A stretch of DNA of 64,000 bases from Phoronis australis (taxonomy: Eukaryota; Animalia; Phoronida): assembly GCA_002633005.1 (NCBI GenBank), contig NMRA01000816.1:69619-133618 (forward strand), in the 5' to 3' direction. Below the pieces are notes generated by a model. It made no database searches. It worked only from the letters and a program-made list of their open reading frames with translations, and was not told the DNA's origin. Both the position numbers and the translations under genes were made by a program. How positions within the stretch are numbered: the stretch's first letter is position 1; each line of letters opens with the position of its first letter. This document shows, piece by piece, positions 40,103-54,500 of the stretch.

Positions 40103-40383
40103 CAGTATTGGAATGACCAATGGCAAAAAAAATCCATGATATATTGTTCCACAAATAAATAGGCTTATGTGATAGACATTTTTGTGTTATAAAATCTGAC
40201 TGCAAGGAATGCTTTTTTGCATGAACGAGGTTAAAATAATTGGACAGTGTACCACAAGGGGCTATAGCCCCCCTTTTTTAGTGCTGCGTTGCCCATGTAA
40301 AAGAGCTAACTGGAAATTAATTAAGAGGAAACCAAAACCAAAGAAGAGGAAATCATATTAAAAGAGGAAAATTCCAAGCTCTG
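40103..40383 (+). mobile_element. CAGGGC-TIR MITE family, degenerate copy 2
   Basis: TTGGAATGACCAAT start, AAAGAGGAAAATTCCAAGCTCTG end. Confidence 0.5.
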
Positions 40384-42208
40384 CTACTTGCTTTTTTTGA
40401 TCAACATGGCCGAGCTGTTGAACTCAATATAGCATAATCAATCCCCTTACCCTGACGTACTACAACGCCCAGATTATGCTGTATCAGTTAATTCATTATG
40501 GTGCACAGTGTGAGGCATTGTCCCACATTGTGCACCGATGCTCAGATAATCACTGTTTACCCAAAATAAGTTTGCCAATTGTCAATCTGTTGCACAAAGT
40601 TTGACCTTGAATAGTGAGTTGCATTGCAGACATAATTTTTTGAAAAGTGGTACGAGGTGCGATAGAACGATCTTTCCTCATCCACCTCAGCTCTGAAGTG
40701 TGTTCACAACAGTACATTTCGAAAACTATGTCAATCATCAAATGCATTTCTGCTTGGGCAGAAGTAGAAACTAAGTTCAGGATGTGGGACTGGAAGACTT
40801 AATATCCACTAGGTGGCGCTAATGAGTAAAGAAACATTTTTGTTAATTGATGGAGAACAGAAAGCTGTTCATCAAGATGGGAAAGTCTACCGGCTAAGTG
40901 AACAGTCCCTCACAATTTAATTGAATGCATGCACTTCAACAGGCGAAACTGTTGACACACTAGCGCCACCTGTTGAATTCAAAGGTCCCCCATTGGAATG
41001 AAAAGACTTAGTTTACAAAACCCATAAGTGGTGTATTTAAATACATGTTGATATTTACAATTTTGTATCAGCACAGTACGTGAGCAACAAAATAAATTCG
41101 AGTAACAAACAATTACAATATTTGGTTAAATTACACAATATAACCATGACTAGCAGATGACTAATTCTACCACAGTCTACAGATGAACACATCCATTCAC
41201 AGTTGTAGAGATTTTCACACCGAAGAAAATAACTGTTGCACTGATTCTTGCAACATAACTCTTAACTCGGTTTTCAGAGCAGAAAGTATCAAAAGGGAGA
41301 AAGACCAAAAACAGTCGTGGCACAAAGTTAAGAAAGAAAGTAGAAAATCTAACTAAATGTGGAAAAATGTATTATGGTGGGTGACTTCCTGATCTTATTG
41401 TTATTTAAAAACTTTGATCCAAAATTGCATGAACAAGAGAGCATTAGAATGACCTTCAATAGTACGAAAATATGATGAATCCACAACCTCATTTCACAAA
41501 AATGTGGTTTTTGACAACTACCAAAGGAGATAAATCTGTTTTGAAATTCAACTATTCTTCAATTTTCATTACTTTGATATTCATTTTTCATTCAGCCTAT
41601 TAGATTAGCCTTCAAATTTCACCACGTCTTGACCACAATCTGTGGGAAAAATATCCACAGAGCTCTAACAAAGGCATGCCCATGAAAATTTGTTTTTACT
41701 TTCATTTTTAAATTGTGGAATGGGATTTGGTCCTGTCCATGAATTATCACCTTAAGAGTTCAGTTTGTAACAGATTTCCAACAGTCAAGCTGAAGCCCAA
41801 TTTTGATCCAGCTGAAAATACGCTTTAAAGGCCCCCTGAATGTCTAAATGAGAATCAAAGCCATTAATATAAAACATGTGAACTTAATAAACTGACCACC
41901 TCTAACCCACAATGCTTGCAGCTTTTCAAACCTCGTGGAATTGAGCTTTCCAGTAGCAATATCAATAACCTTGTAACAAATGACAAAATTATACAAGCGA
42001 AAAAAGCACTTGACTTAGCCACAGCACAAAATCAACACTTTAAAATCCCTATTTGGCAAAGCAGTTTTCTGCAACACGGACAAATTTATGAAGAGTATCT
42101 TTCCGCAGAATGGTATTCGTCAATTTCTTCGCAAACATTGCCCGCAAGCTTCTTTTGGTTTGATCAAACAGCAACTTTGCGGACAGGAAGTATGCAGATT
42201 TCAGTTCA

Positions 42209-42570
42209 TTATTTATCTAGAAGCGAGGTATTTTGCTGTATAACTTTCCTCTGTTTGTGAATTGTTGGTGAACTGCGCAGATCCTTATTTGATGGTGACG
42301 CAGGAAGCAAGCGTCTACCTTTGGTCGGTGTACCCGTCTTTGATCCGAGGTTCTTTTTGATCAGTGCTATGAGCGCCTTTGTTGCCAGGCTCACTTCCTG
42401 TCCCGCAACATCGAGTTGCTCGTTTTGTACATCGGAGAGAATGGAGACCTCTGAACTCTCCGACTGGCTGTCAGTTGACAAGATAACGTCAGAAGCGGCG
42501 AGAAGCTTGGTCGTCGACTTCTGGATCATCTCAGCACACTTACACAACTGTCTGAGGTCACCATCCTGAC
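42209..42570 (-). CDS. KIF14: KIF14 terminal exon
   Basis: tttcag|GQDGDLRQLCKCAEMIQKST...QQNTSLLDK-TAA. Confidence 0.82.
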
Positions 42571-45500
42571 CTGAAACAGAAGCGGCACCTGAAGACTAGT
42601 ACAATGACATATACATTTTGCGCTCATTTCTCAGCCAGATGGGGTACATTACAAGATTGGGTTAGAACTTGAAGTTACCTGAAGCAAGGCCACGTATAAA
42701 GTGTGTTACAGGTTTACAACAAAATTAAAACAAACGCACATTTTTGTGATTTTAATACAAAATGAAGTCTTATTTATATTAAGAAAAACAGTGGACATTT
42801 CACCACTTTACCAACTAAATTTGAATCTTAATTTAAATACTAAAAACAACAACAAAGGCACCACATTATACCAGTAGGTACAATTTGACGTTTCATGCAG
42901 TTACGTTTCCTACAATTCAGCATCACCCATCAACCAAAGACATCATCTGCACACAGTGAACAAGACAGACAAGTGAGGGATCTTGAGCAGATCACAAAAT
43001 CATCAGGTGTGTGGTTATGGTCACACGCTCATTTGGATAGACATATTGCCTGCTAATTGGACAAAAACATAGTTATCCACATTGTGCAAAGTGAGAATTT
43101 CCAATGTACAAAAATAGGGTGGTCATGAAAGCCATTCTGCAGAGTGGGGCCCTTACCAGAGAGTGGGGCCCTTACCAGAGAATGGGGCCCTTTTCAAAGA
43201 GTGGAACCTTTACCAAAAAGTGGGGCCCTTACCAGAGAGTGGAACGCTTTTCAAAGAGTGGAACCTTTACCACAGAGTGGGGCCCTTACCAAAGAGTGGG
43301 GCCCTTACCGGAGAGTGGAACCCTTTTCAAAGAGTGGAACCTTTACCAAAGAGTGGAACCTTTACCAAAGAGTGGGGCCCTTACCAGAGAGTGGAACCCT
43401 TTTCAAAGAGTGGAATCTTTACCACAGAGTGGGGCCCTTACCAGAGAGTGGGACCCTTTTCAAAGAGTGGAACCTTACGACCCTTTAAAAATCTACTCAT
43501 ACCATAGACAAAGAACTAACTACACACAATAGAGGCAAGTGTTCAGAAGGAAGAACGATCCTCCTTCAACATGTAAGAAAAATTAGAAAAAAAAACATTA
43601 GCAATCAACTCCCATGTAGCTCCTACCTTTGACCAGAGGATGCGCTGCCTGTGTAAGTAGACTGACGTTGTCCACCAGGTTGGTCACATGACTCACTAGT
43701 TTTTGAGAACGGGCATAGCAGTGGTGATAGAAGTTGTCTGGTTTCTCTTCTATACTTTCTCGCAAAGTCGAGTCAAGCTCCACCTATAGACAGTGAAGGA
43801 ACACAGATGACAAACCTGCTAAGTAAAGAATTACGACTGCCTATGGATGAGGTGTAATTCAATGTGTTGATACAGTTAAAGTTTTATACTATTCTTAGTC
43901 TTTATTCACTCCACCTGTTGGTAGTCACATCAGAGGTCACGTGATTTGACCAACAGGAGGAGCTAATGGAGACCATAACGGGAGATCTAACTTTTGTAGA
44001 CTGCTCTAAGAAAAGATCACATGTTAGGTGTTGCTAACAGTCACAGAGATATGTTGTTCTGAAGTTAGCCAAATTTGGACATTCTTCAAGCGTCTTACAC
44101 AACGTTAAGAAATAAATGCTCTCAGTGAAACAATTCTTACAACATCGATAACAACGACGAGATTTACCTGGATTTCCTGACACTTGAGAAGCAATATTTT
44201 GGTCGTGGCAGCGACAATCTCAATGTGGCGAATCATGTCTTCAGTAACCTAGAACCAACAGGTGAAAGAACGTCAAAAGCTTCCAAACGCATTCTTGATG
44301 AAAAATGACAGACTTAAAACTTCATTATAATTCATGATGATAAAGAGAAGGGTGTTGTGTGCAGTGGGGCCCGCCGAGTGGTCTACACACATCTGGAGCA
44401 AGGGAGAAGGTAACAGATCCACAACACTTCTTTATCATTACACCACCCACTGCAGGGACTTCATAGTTTAACCAAAAATCAATTATTTGCTTTCCATTGA
44501 CTACAAAAGGCATTATCTAAACTGAACATAACACAAGTCTCAACAAAACTCTAGATCTACAGGCAGTTCTTAGTGTTTCACATAGCAGTTCCCAGCTTTT
44601 CGCTCATCTTTTCAAACACATCAGACATCAGTATGCACCGATCTTTCCTGAACCCTCTGCCACGCCAGCGCCACCTACCAGTGACTGACTGGACCAGTCT
44701 GTGGACATGTTCTGTACCCTCGTCTCACAATCCTCCACAGTCTTCAGTCCTCCCATCAGGGTCTTGTCAATGAATAGGTCACAACCTGTCAGAAACTCCT
44801 GACGGATGTCGTAACCAAGCTACAAAGTAAGAAGATTTTATTAGTGACATAGAAGCGAATACAATCACAAGCCAAATGTTCAAACTATTGGTATGCATGA
44901 CTGTACAGTGGAAAAAACTCTTCATTCACTAAATTTGAAGAGCTTGTAGGGGAGTTTAACGCTGAACTGAACATTTAAGTGCAAAACCATGGGTACCTTT
45001 TTATATGCAATGAGCGGTTAATCATCCTGGTAATAAATATATGGCCATCTATTTTAGAGCTCCAGTTCTTTGATAGAGCTGCTTTTGCTAATTGAGCTGT
45101 TGAGCTTGGGTCTTTATGACCAGGGATGTCGCTCTTGTCAGAGTTTGCTAATTTGTTTACAAGAGCCACCTATGACTACCATGAGGTCCAGTAAACAATG
45201 GATGGTACTAGCTTAGAGCTTTGCAGGCGAAAGTCTTACTCATTAAAACTATATCTGACAAGGGTCGCATTTTAGAATCAATACAGATTACATGTTTCAT
45301 TTAGAATTGAACTGACAAACAGAGTTTATGCCTTCTCCGATAAGAATGCTTGAATAGACGAAGCTCCAATGTCACCACAAAATATCAACATGCAGACAAT
45401 GAAATCCCACCTTTATACTCAATGAGTCTTCGTCTTCATCAATGGCTGACGAATCAGGCGAGTCGGATAGATTCTTCATGTGGGTGTTGGTTGCCAGGGC

Positions 45501-48500
45501 AACCTCGCCACAATGACGGCAGATTGTGAAAACGGAATCTAGGATTTCTGAAGATGACTCCTTCACCATGGTTTCAATGTCATTTTCCACGCCCTTGAAA
45601 ACAATTTTGAATTCTCTCAATCATGTAATATAAAATAAATCTAAGGTTAATTTCACCTCAAACAACTTCTCCAAGCACACAAAAACTTTAGTCACCTTTT
45701 GTTTTATTTTGTCTGACTGTTCAAAAATCCAAAATCTAAATAAGACCTACAAGTACGGCCTTAAAATTTGCCTTATCAAGGTGGGGTTTCCTTCTTATAG
45801 TTCCAAAAACATCTGCAGCAGCATTAATTTTCCAAAGGCAGTCAACAATGCTTTGGAAAACCTTAGTGCAGCTCAGCCCCTAAAAATTTGATCCCTTCAG
45901 CTCAGTCACAGGTAATCTCTCAATTGACTTATTGCCAGGACTTCGACTGATGGGTTAACTGACCAATCAGAATGCAGCACACACCTTTGTTTCCAAGCTC
46001 ATTTTTTATTCCAAGTTACAGCAGTAAACAAAAAAGAAAGAGCAGCTTTAAATAATGACACTTTTCAGACTCACTTTCATGAAGAGTATCAGTTGGTTGC
46101 CCAGCTTGCGCACCGTCTCTGTGATCCTATTGGTCATCTCGTGAATGAGTGGCGAGCCCACGCTCTCATAGGTCGACGCCCACAATGAACAGTGAGTCAG
46201 TACAAGTTCAAGTGAGGTCATGATCTGCAGGCTGGATACTTGTACAACCTCAGAGTCGACAAAAACGACTGAAACAGAAAGATGTGACGTCTTAACAAAA
46301 GAGATATCAACCCAACAATAATTGTTCTGTTCAACTATTTTTGACAAGATCATTTCGTTGAATAATTTTTACAAAACCTCTTAATGAAGTGCCATGAACT
46401 TCATTCAAAACACTGCAATGGGTGAATGAGGGAAACTTCATTTTTCCTGAATCAGTAACTCATTTTTCTTATGATTATTAAGAAAATAATCAGTTTCGAA
46501 AGTCAAATTATGTAACTGATGATTAAGGTTACCCCAGCTAGTATGAAACTAGTGAGATTGCGTTCGAGAATGTATTTAAACAAGTCAAAGAAAAGACCCA
46601 TGCATTCTTAACAGTCAAAAAAACTGCAATGCATGAACAACTGTTCATATAGTCTAAATCACGTGTCCACTTTTTTACTCAAACAGTACATTCGAACACA
46701 CCTTTATCTTTCTTGTTCTCGCATGTTTGTTCATAGGCGTCGAGCAATGTGACCACGGCCATCTTGAGACAGTCACAGTTATACAGGATGCGGTCGGCCA
46801 GACTGTCTTTCACTGTCGTTTCTGGAAACAGTACACACATCATTACATGGATTTTTCTTTAAAATACCTGAAAGGTGTATCGGTAACGCTGTATCAGCGT
46901 ATAATATGTATTATTATCATCAATAGAAATTTCATGTTGTAATTTCAACTTTGTGCCCCAAGCTCACAGGAGGTATAGAATTGTTTCAGGCTCAGCTCAA
47001 GCCGGCCTGTGCATGTTAAAGACGATTTGTTTAGTTGCGATCTGATGCAACACACACGCACAATTCCACCTTTTTACCGACGATGGACTTTGCAGCCAGG
47101 TAAACCTAGTGCAGATCTTGTATATTTTTTCAAGATCCAGAATGAGGTATTGATGAGGGCAATAACATCCACTGTTTGTGAAGCAAGTCATTCTCTTTCA
47201 AGTGAGTATCTGACCTTTGAACCTATCGAGGGCCAGTTCCACGTAGTCCCTGCACAGTCCTATGATGGGAACTCGGGTAGACTCCTGCATGACCGCGGCG
47301 CCACCTTGGAACATAACTGAAACACACGCATCAGTACGCCAATGACCAAAAGAACAACTGAATCAAACACTTGGACAAAACAGTGGTGATAATGAAGTGT
47401 AAACGTGTGACGTGTAATGGCTGTTGCCATAGCGATCACTGACAACAACGGATCCTGTCACACTTTCTTTTCAATTCGCCGACAAACGCCACTTTCCCAC
47501 TACTCACAACAGGAGTTTTGGTCAGTGAGAAAGCATAAATCCCAAACTCAAAATGTTATTGCAACTCAGCTCAAAATAGGTCAATTAAGTTTAAGTAGGA
47601 CCTTATTGACATGTCTGTTCATTCAGACAAATATCTACAAGACTGTAGATTTCAATTCAGCAAAAGTATACATTTTCTGAAAGTAGGAAATCTACAGAAT
47701 TTCATTTTTGAATTTGTACCCATTACCACGTGCTAGCGGACCATATGACAAAGACTTCTAGTAAAATTTAGCAAAACAGAAAGGTACATTCACCACAAAA
47801 TGACGATATCAAAAACGCGACCGAATTTCATGATATAAATGATCAAGATGAAAGATAAGAAAACTTAAAATTTTCTAAACTATCATTTCGTTTTCTGCAC
47901 CTTATGAAATTTTCCTGCAAAAATCATATGAGTTCTATTTTTCAATTCATGCAAAAGTGGAACATTCTAAAAAGAATTCCTAACAGTGTGAATAAACTAC
48001 GCCATCTGACATTTAACATAGAGAGCTAACAAAAACTTTGATTTAGCTTTCCGAAGAACTTGAATTGTAATTACGATAATTACCTTTTCTGACTTCCTTA
48101 GTCACCACACCTTTCGGTGTCTTGGGAGAGTTCTTAAGAGCTTCAAGTGAAGACAGACGTCGGGCGCGGCTTGCGAGGTCACTGATCCTGAAAACAATAA
48201 CAGATATTATGTAAATCAGTATTACACAATTACGCAACGAATTGGGAAATTACAAGAAACAGAAACAAAAAATTTACAAAGTAAATGATGCAAAAGCACT
48301 GATTTCATAAAACTTCTACAAAATAATGGTAACCGTAGCCTCCACTGAGAGGAGCACAGAAGACAACATAGGCAGTCACGAGGAGCCGCGACAAATGTTT
48401 GCTCAAAAGGCTTTATCATCTGATCTCTCTAGACTGCAATATTATCATAGAACACACAAGAATCACGGATATGACTGCTTGATTATCACCTACAAGATAT

Positions 48501-51500
48501 TAAACACAGTAAATGCTAATTAATGTATTTAAAGCTGATGTTTGACCTATTTCACAGATTAAAGACAAAAATTGAAGCGGACCTTTTACTCTCGTATTCT
48601 TTACTCTGGTATGATTCCGTCAAAGTTACTAACTCAAATCACTGGCAAGGCATACAAAAGCTTTTTTTTACCTTACCAACCCCAATAAAGCCCGAAGCGT
48701 TTTCTTGAGTCAATAATGGCAAACGATTCTTACGAGACAGATTTAGTGAGATTAAAAAGGACCAATTCAAATTCCGTTTTGGAAAACCAAACAGGACGAC
48801 ATGCAGCTTTAAGTACCCTTCATTCTCCAATCCCAATATGATAGAGAGGCTAATTCATGTATGGAAACAGAATACCTTAACATCAAGCAGGAATAAACAC
48901 AAAACAAGCTAACCTAGATGACATCCAACAATTCATCAAAAAATGAATTTTTGTGTTAAAAAATTCCAAAAACACAAAAATTCCAAAAGAACTAAGGAAC
49001 TGCGCATACCCTGTAGAGATGGAGTGGCCAGGACTCATTCAAAAACAGAACCGTTAGTACTATAAAGGTGTGAGAAGGAGCCAATCAGGTAAGAACATAG
49101 AATCCTCATTAATCAAATGATTATCACCTATCTTGTCGTCTTAACAGACTTGAGTCGATGTAGCTCACAAATACAAACAGTTTGAACATGGAGATAGCTT
49201 GTTTTTATCACTACAAAGGTCAAAAGTCAGCAAATTGATTAACCTGCAGTGATGGCCACGAAGAATGGCAAAAACGCTGGAAATATCTCACTGCATCAAG
49301 TCAAGAATGCAGAGTGCTTTCAATGAACATCTAAGTTTCATCGTGTCCCCGTTAACTCAGAATATGGCGAATATGAGGTGCGCCTCAGGTAAACTTTAAA
49401 AAATTCCCGCCCTGAATAATGTGAGACATGAATAGTTAAGTTTCGGCATCAATTTCAATCTTAACAAAGAGTTGAAAATCTGTTGTGACAGTCACATAGC
49501 ATCTACAAAAATTCATCACTTATTTCAATCAAAAATATTTGCAATAATTGCCATTTTCCAGTAGCTCACAGGCCCTACCCTACTGTAAACAATGGAAACC
49601 CCACCAGGTGTTGCTCTGGGATATCTACACAGTACAAACCAGATTTCACTCGTCAACCTTATTTTGTAAAAAGCAGATGAAGAATTGCTCTGCAAAAGCT
49701 CTTTGTTGTTTATGTAACTTTTTCAACTTTTAATGACTCAACCGCAGTTTTTGTACCAATTCACTCTAATTTCTCGACAATATTAGCCACAACTTTACCA
49801 AACCTGATCAATATTACCCCTTTTCTGCACAAGAGCTGTACCAAAGTCATGTTTTCATTTCTCCCTTCCAATTACACTTGCAAGCTAATAAACACACACT
49901 AATACTTTAATCCTATTAAATTTGACTGACACATCTAACATTCTTCACTTCAGTAGCAGTTGCCTACCATGAGTTATGAGATAGAGTTTAACCAAACAGG
50001 ACTCCTTCCAACCCCTATACAGGTATGGCACTCATGACGAGCTGGGAAGGCAACACATAATCTCATCAATATAGGGGCACAATATGACGGATAAGGGGAA
50101 TTCAATTTTCTTCCTTTTTTCGTTAAAAGATGTATAGCACCAGATTAATGCTTTTTCATGTTCGAGTTCTGTATTATTAGAAATGCTGGAAAAATCTAAA
50201 AATTATAATTCTGGCAATTGCTTTTGTCTGAAATTGGAAAGATTCCGGTGTAATTGAAAAATCCCAACAGCCAGTCAACAATGTTCACTTCAACCTATGG
50301 TTTATCTACACTGTAAGATAAAGCTCAAAAAGGTATTCTGTTGCCAGATAACGAAGAATCGCAGTAAATCACCCACCGGCAGGCATGAGACACAACACAT
50401 CCAATCATAGCTCAGACTAAGCTCTGACACAACTATTTTGTGAAAATCTAGAAGGCTCTTGAAGATATAGAGATAGGTTAGTGCCCTATGGGTATACAGC
50501 AGTATATAAACCTGGAACATGCCACCCAATAACATTTATCAACAATGTAAATAAAAGCCTACACACAGCACATCTTTAGGTCTGATCTAAAGAACACATA
50601 TTCACAATACAGCTTAAAATAACACATAGTCTCTAGCCCAGGGGGTCTTAAGACCTACTTTACATTTAAACACTTCCAAATGGTTACACAAATTGGAGAA
50701 GAAAGAAGGCAGATTCACATGCGAACACCAGTGAGCAAGAGAATTTTTAAAATCAATTTTCATTGATAAATTATAGAAGTTTCCAGCAGCTTATCTTTTT
50801 GAATTAGCATGCTAGTTTTCCCCTACCTTCTATCAAAATTGTGGACGTTTTTTTGACAAACCAAGATGATTAGAACGGAATCTTGTCATTGTTTTCCTGG
50901 AAACTGGTGAATTTTTTGGAACTAATATACACATATGAAAAAACACCCTATCATTTCCTAAACGAAAGAAGAACGTGAAATCCACAATGACGACAAATAA
51001 CCACTGCCGACAAAGAACATTCACTTTGAAACAAAGAACAGATAATTGTTGGTAGCAAACACCAAGTAGGAATAAAGATTCCAACAATTGCATGTGACAG
51101 AGAATTTTTAGAACAATCAACATTAAAATAATTATAAAAAATTCCCATGCCAACAACTTCCGACACCAAAATCACTTTCAAGCAGCGTGGCTATGACTGA
51201 TCGCGTGGAAATGGACACTAGTGACATCTAAAGGATGAAGCAAATTCACTTTTGTTCAAAATGCATCACGTCTAATCACATACACTGTAAAAGTGTCTTT
51301 CCTTCATATATTCAAGCTGTCTATCTATGCCACCCACTTCAAAGAAAAAGCCAGGTGACGATAAAGCCACCGCCCCATGAGATCAGCTGCACCATTGCTT
51401 TCTGAAAGTCTCCCACTGTTTTTCCTCCCACCATTGACATCACACAGAGAACCAACCACATGAGACAGGGACCTCATGAGACAGGGACCTCATGAGACAG

Positions 51501-54500
51501 GGACCTCATGAGACAGGGACCTCATGAGACAGGGACCTCATGAGACAGGGACCTCATGAGACAGGGACCTCATGAGACAAGGACCACATGAGACAAGTTT
51601 ACCACCAACACCAACAGGTAGGATTCGAAACATTACCTGCCAATCAGACACAGGAATACACACACGTCTACCGATCATTCCTATAACCTGCATGCAAGGC
51701 AACACTACACCTGGGTTTACAACGGGAATAAATATTTACAAAGTGTCACATTTACCAACCCTACCTGTTACTCCTTCCTCTGCCTTGTACTAGCCACCTG
51801 CTGTGGTTCGCATCAAAAGTGTGTAGAAATCAATCAATCATACTTAACAATAACCAATAAACACTGTATCATAACTCAAGTGGACTACCATCATAACATT
51901 GACAAATCAAGTGTGAACCAATACTCAGGCTCACATTAGTTATACATGTTCGGGGAACTAGGCAGCAAAAATGCTGAATTGTGTACTCCAGCCCACCGCA
52001 CTAAGAGGCAAATGAATTTTGGCAGAAGTAAGTCTCCCATGGTACAAAATACTGTTTACAAAATGTTGGAATGTGTTAGGCCAAAAATGTTCTATTGGTC
52101 CTGGTCAGACCATGAGTTTAAACTGTACCAACAGGTCATAAAACAGGTGAGTGTTGCTAAGCCACCAAGCCATTTTGTTAAAAAAATCTGGATGTCAATA
52201 GAAACATCCGTGTAGCTTTTTGAAAAAAGAACTTTGCTGACAGTGATACCGGGAGCATTTTTCCTGTAAAAGTAATGGTGAAGGTTTGAAAATGTGTCAG
52301 GTGCAGACAAGAACCCAAGTCATAACATTTTTTTGGCATTGCAGTGAATTTATACTTGCACCGAGTTATTGGTACAACAGAAGGCATTTCTACATAAAAG
52401 CACACTGGTTCCATGTACGGTATAGAAAAAAAAACACAAATAAAATCAAACCACAATGCTTAAACAAAACCCATCAGCAAGGGACTACTAGCCTGAAAGG
52501 GGTTCACAAAATACTGTGGTAATACCATACACTGTAGCATGTGACTTGATTCCCAAACAGAAAAATCAATTCCCTCACACAATGCAGTATAAAAACACCA
52601 GCAATTCATATCATAAACACAGGGCCAATCAGGTGTGAACAAACAAAGACCCTCTCTATCCATGTTCGGGGCAACAGACCAGACACATGTTTCCTGCACA
52701 CAGCCCAAAGTACGGAATGAGGTGGGCAAGTGCCAATAATTTTTTTTTTTAATTTAATGGTTGAAACCGACAGTCCATGAAACAACACAGTGACTTATTT
52801 AATCACAAGAGTCACAAAAAGACAAGGAAAATAAAAAGAAATTATTTTCCATTTTCATTCACCCAACACTCACTTTGACTTTGACATGGGTGGGTGGGTA
52901 TGTTTACAAAATAAATTATTTTTTCATTTTTATGAAAAAATATTTTGTCACGCATCAACACTAAAAATAATCATACATTTTACACATGTACGTAAAATAC
53001 TGTCGGTCATAGGATGGCAGCCAAATAACTTCATCGCGAGTTAAGCCACAATATTCAAAGACAGTAACTCAACAGCAAAGCAGACTGAATTTCTGTGAAT
53101 GTCTTGCGTTAAGGTTTACAATGCGGATAATGTTGTCGTTTCGTAATATTGAGGACTTACAATGATCTCCAACCAATCCATGTAATTACTAATTGTGCTT
53201 TCTTGGTAAGTGGCAAACTTGCGAAATCTTGGATTGCGAAACCGAGGGCAACCTTAGCCCGACTTGACCTGAGACCAGTAATGGTATCAAGTACCTAACA
53301 AAGCCAATAACGAGCTGGAATCATCTAATAGTTACTTACAGTCTAGGTGAGTCGGCAGTAGCGTCTATACGGTCTTCGCGCTCCCACGAATCGTTGGGGT
53401 CGTAGAAGATCTCCTCTGATAGAGTAGTGTCGACACTTTCACCCTGCCGAGGACAAAAAGACAAAATTGACAAAAAATAGAATATGTCAAATATTGATTA
53501 CATCCAGGGGTAGAAAAAATTCCATTGACGGGCCTCTAAATTTCAGTTTTGATCTGCTAAACCCAGACTGACTGGTATCATCAAATTCAAGATAAAAATT
53601 TCATATCCAGGGACCAAATTCCAGACCCAGACCATGTACCCAACAGGTTATATCACTCTCACTAGTGAGAATCGTTTCCACCCCGATATCTAATGGCACT
53701 TGAAACTGACAAAAACACTAATGGAAGCAAAATGACTTACACATTGGGCAAGCTTGCAATTAAACAAAACATGACTAAGGATTGAAACAAAGTTTACAAT
53801 GCCAGCCAGACAGACAATTAATAAATCAGCCTACAACACAGTGTAAAAATTCTGAAAACAAAATAACTACGGTAAATGCAAACATCTTGACAAAGATTAT
53901 CAATTTCTAACAAGGTGCCCAAATTCCAGTCATAACGAGTCACACAAACAGCTGTGCAGAGCCCACACGAGCATTCTTTCTAAACACCCATAAAACTGAA
54001 TAACGTGAAAATTCAGTTACAAAAGTGAACATTCCGAAGAAAAATCAAAACAAAACCCAAAGCAATGTTTCCAGCATTCACAGACAATAAATTCGTGAAA
54101 GTTTGACACTGCCTTAACCCCTGCAAATTATCCACCAATTATCCACAAATTATCCACAAATTATCCACAAGTTATCCACCAATTACTCAAATGAAAACAG
54201 CAGATGAACTCACAAAATGGCTTCACCAAGAAACAGCACCCTGAGTGATGCTGCTAATATTGTTATGTGGTGTTAATCTGACAGAAACACGACTTATCAA
54301 TTCGAGGTTTGCTTTTCGCTGCAAATCTCCACTAAACTGTTGATCCAAGTCTCGAATGCAGTGGGGGACATGCTAGATTATTTAGACACGGCTTAGATAA
54401 CCTTTAAGAACATCGATTAAGAAATAGGGTGCACTACAGTAAGACGCCAACTGCGCACCTACCAGGAAGAGTTGGGCTGCTAGGCGGGCACTGTACAAAT

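Noticed and set aside
43104-43532. Three overlapping repetitive ORFs and CRISPR-like periodicity
   Set aside because: Contiguous 19-bp tandem units with no unique spacers and no cas genes; the ORFs are by-products of a stop-free repeat in a KIF14 intron.
44975-45169. Protein-like ORF VALVNKLANSDKSDIPG... as an extra KIF14 exon
   Set aside because: Poor acceptor tract, and the only good donor is phase 2, whereas the flanking exons already join in phase 0.
54463-54490. Possible KIF14 mini-exon tacag|...|gtaggt
   Set aside because: 28 nt, so it would shift the frame in a phase-0 intron.
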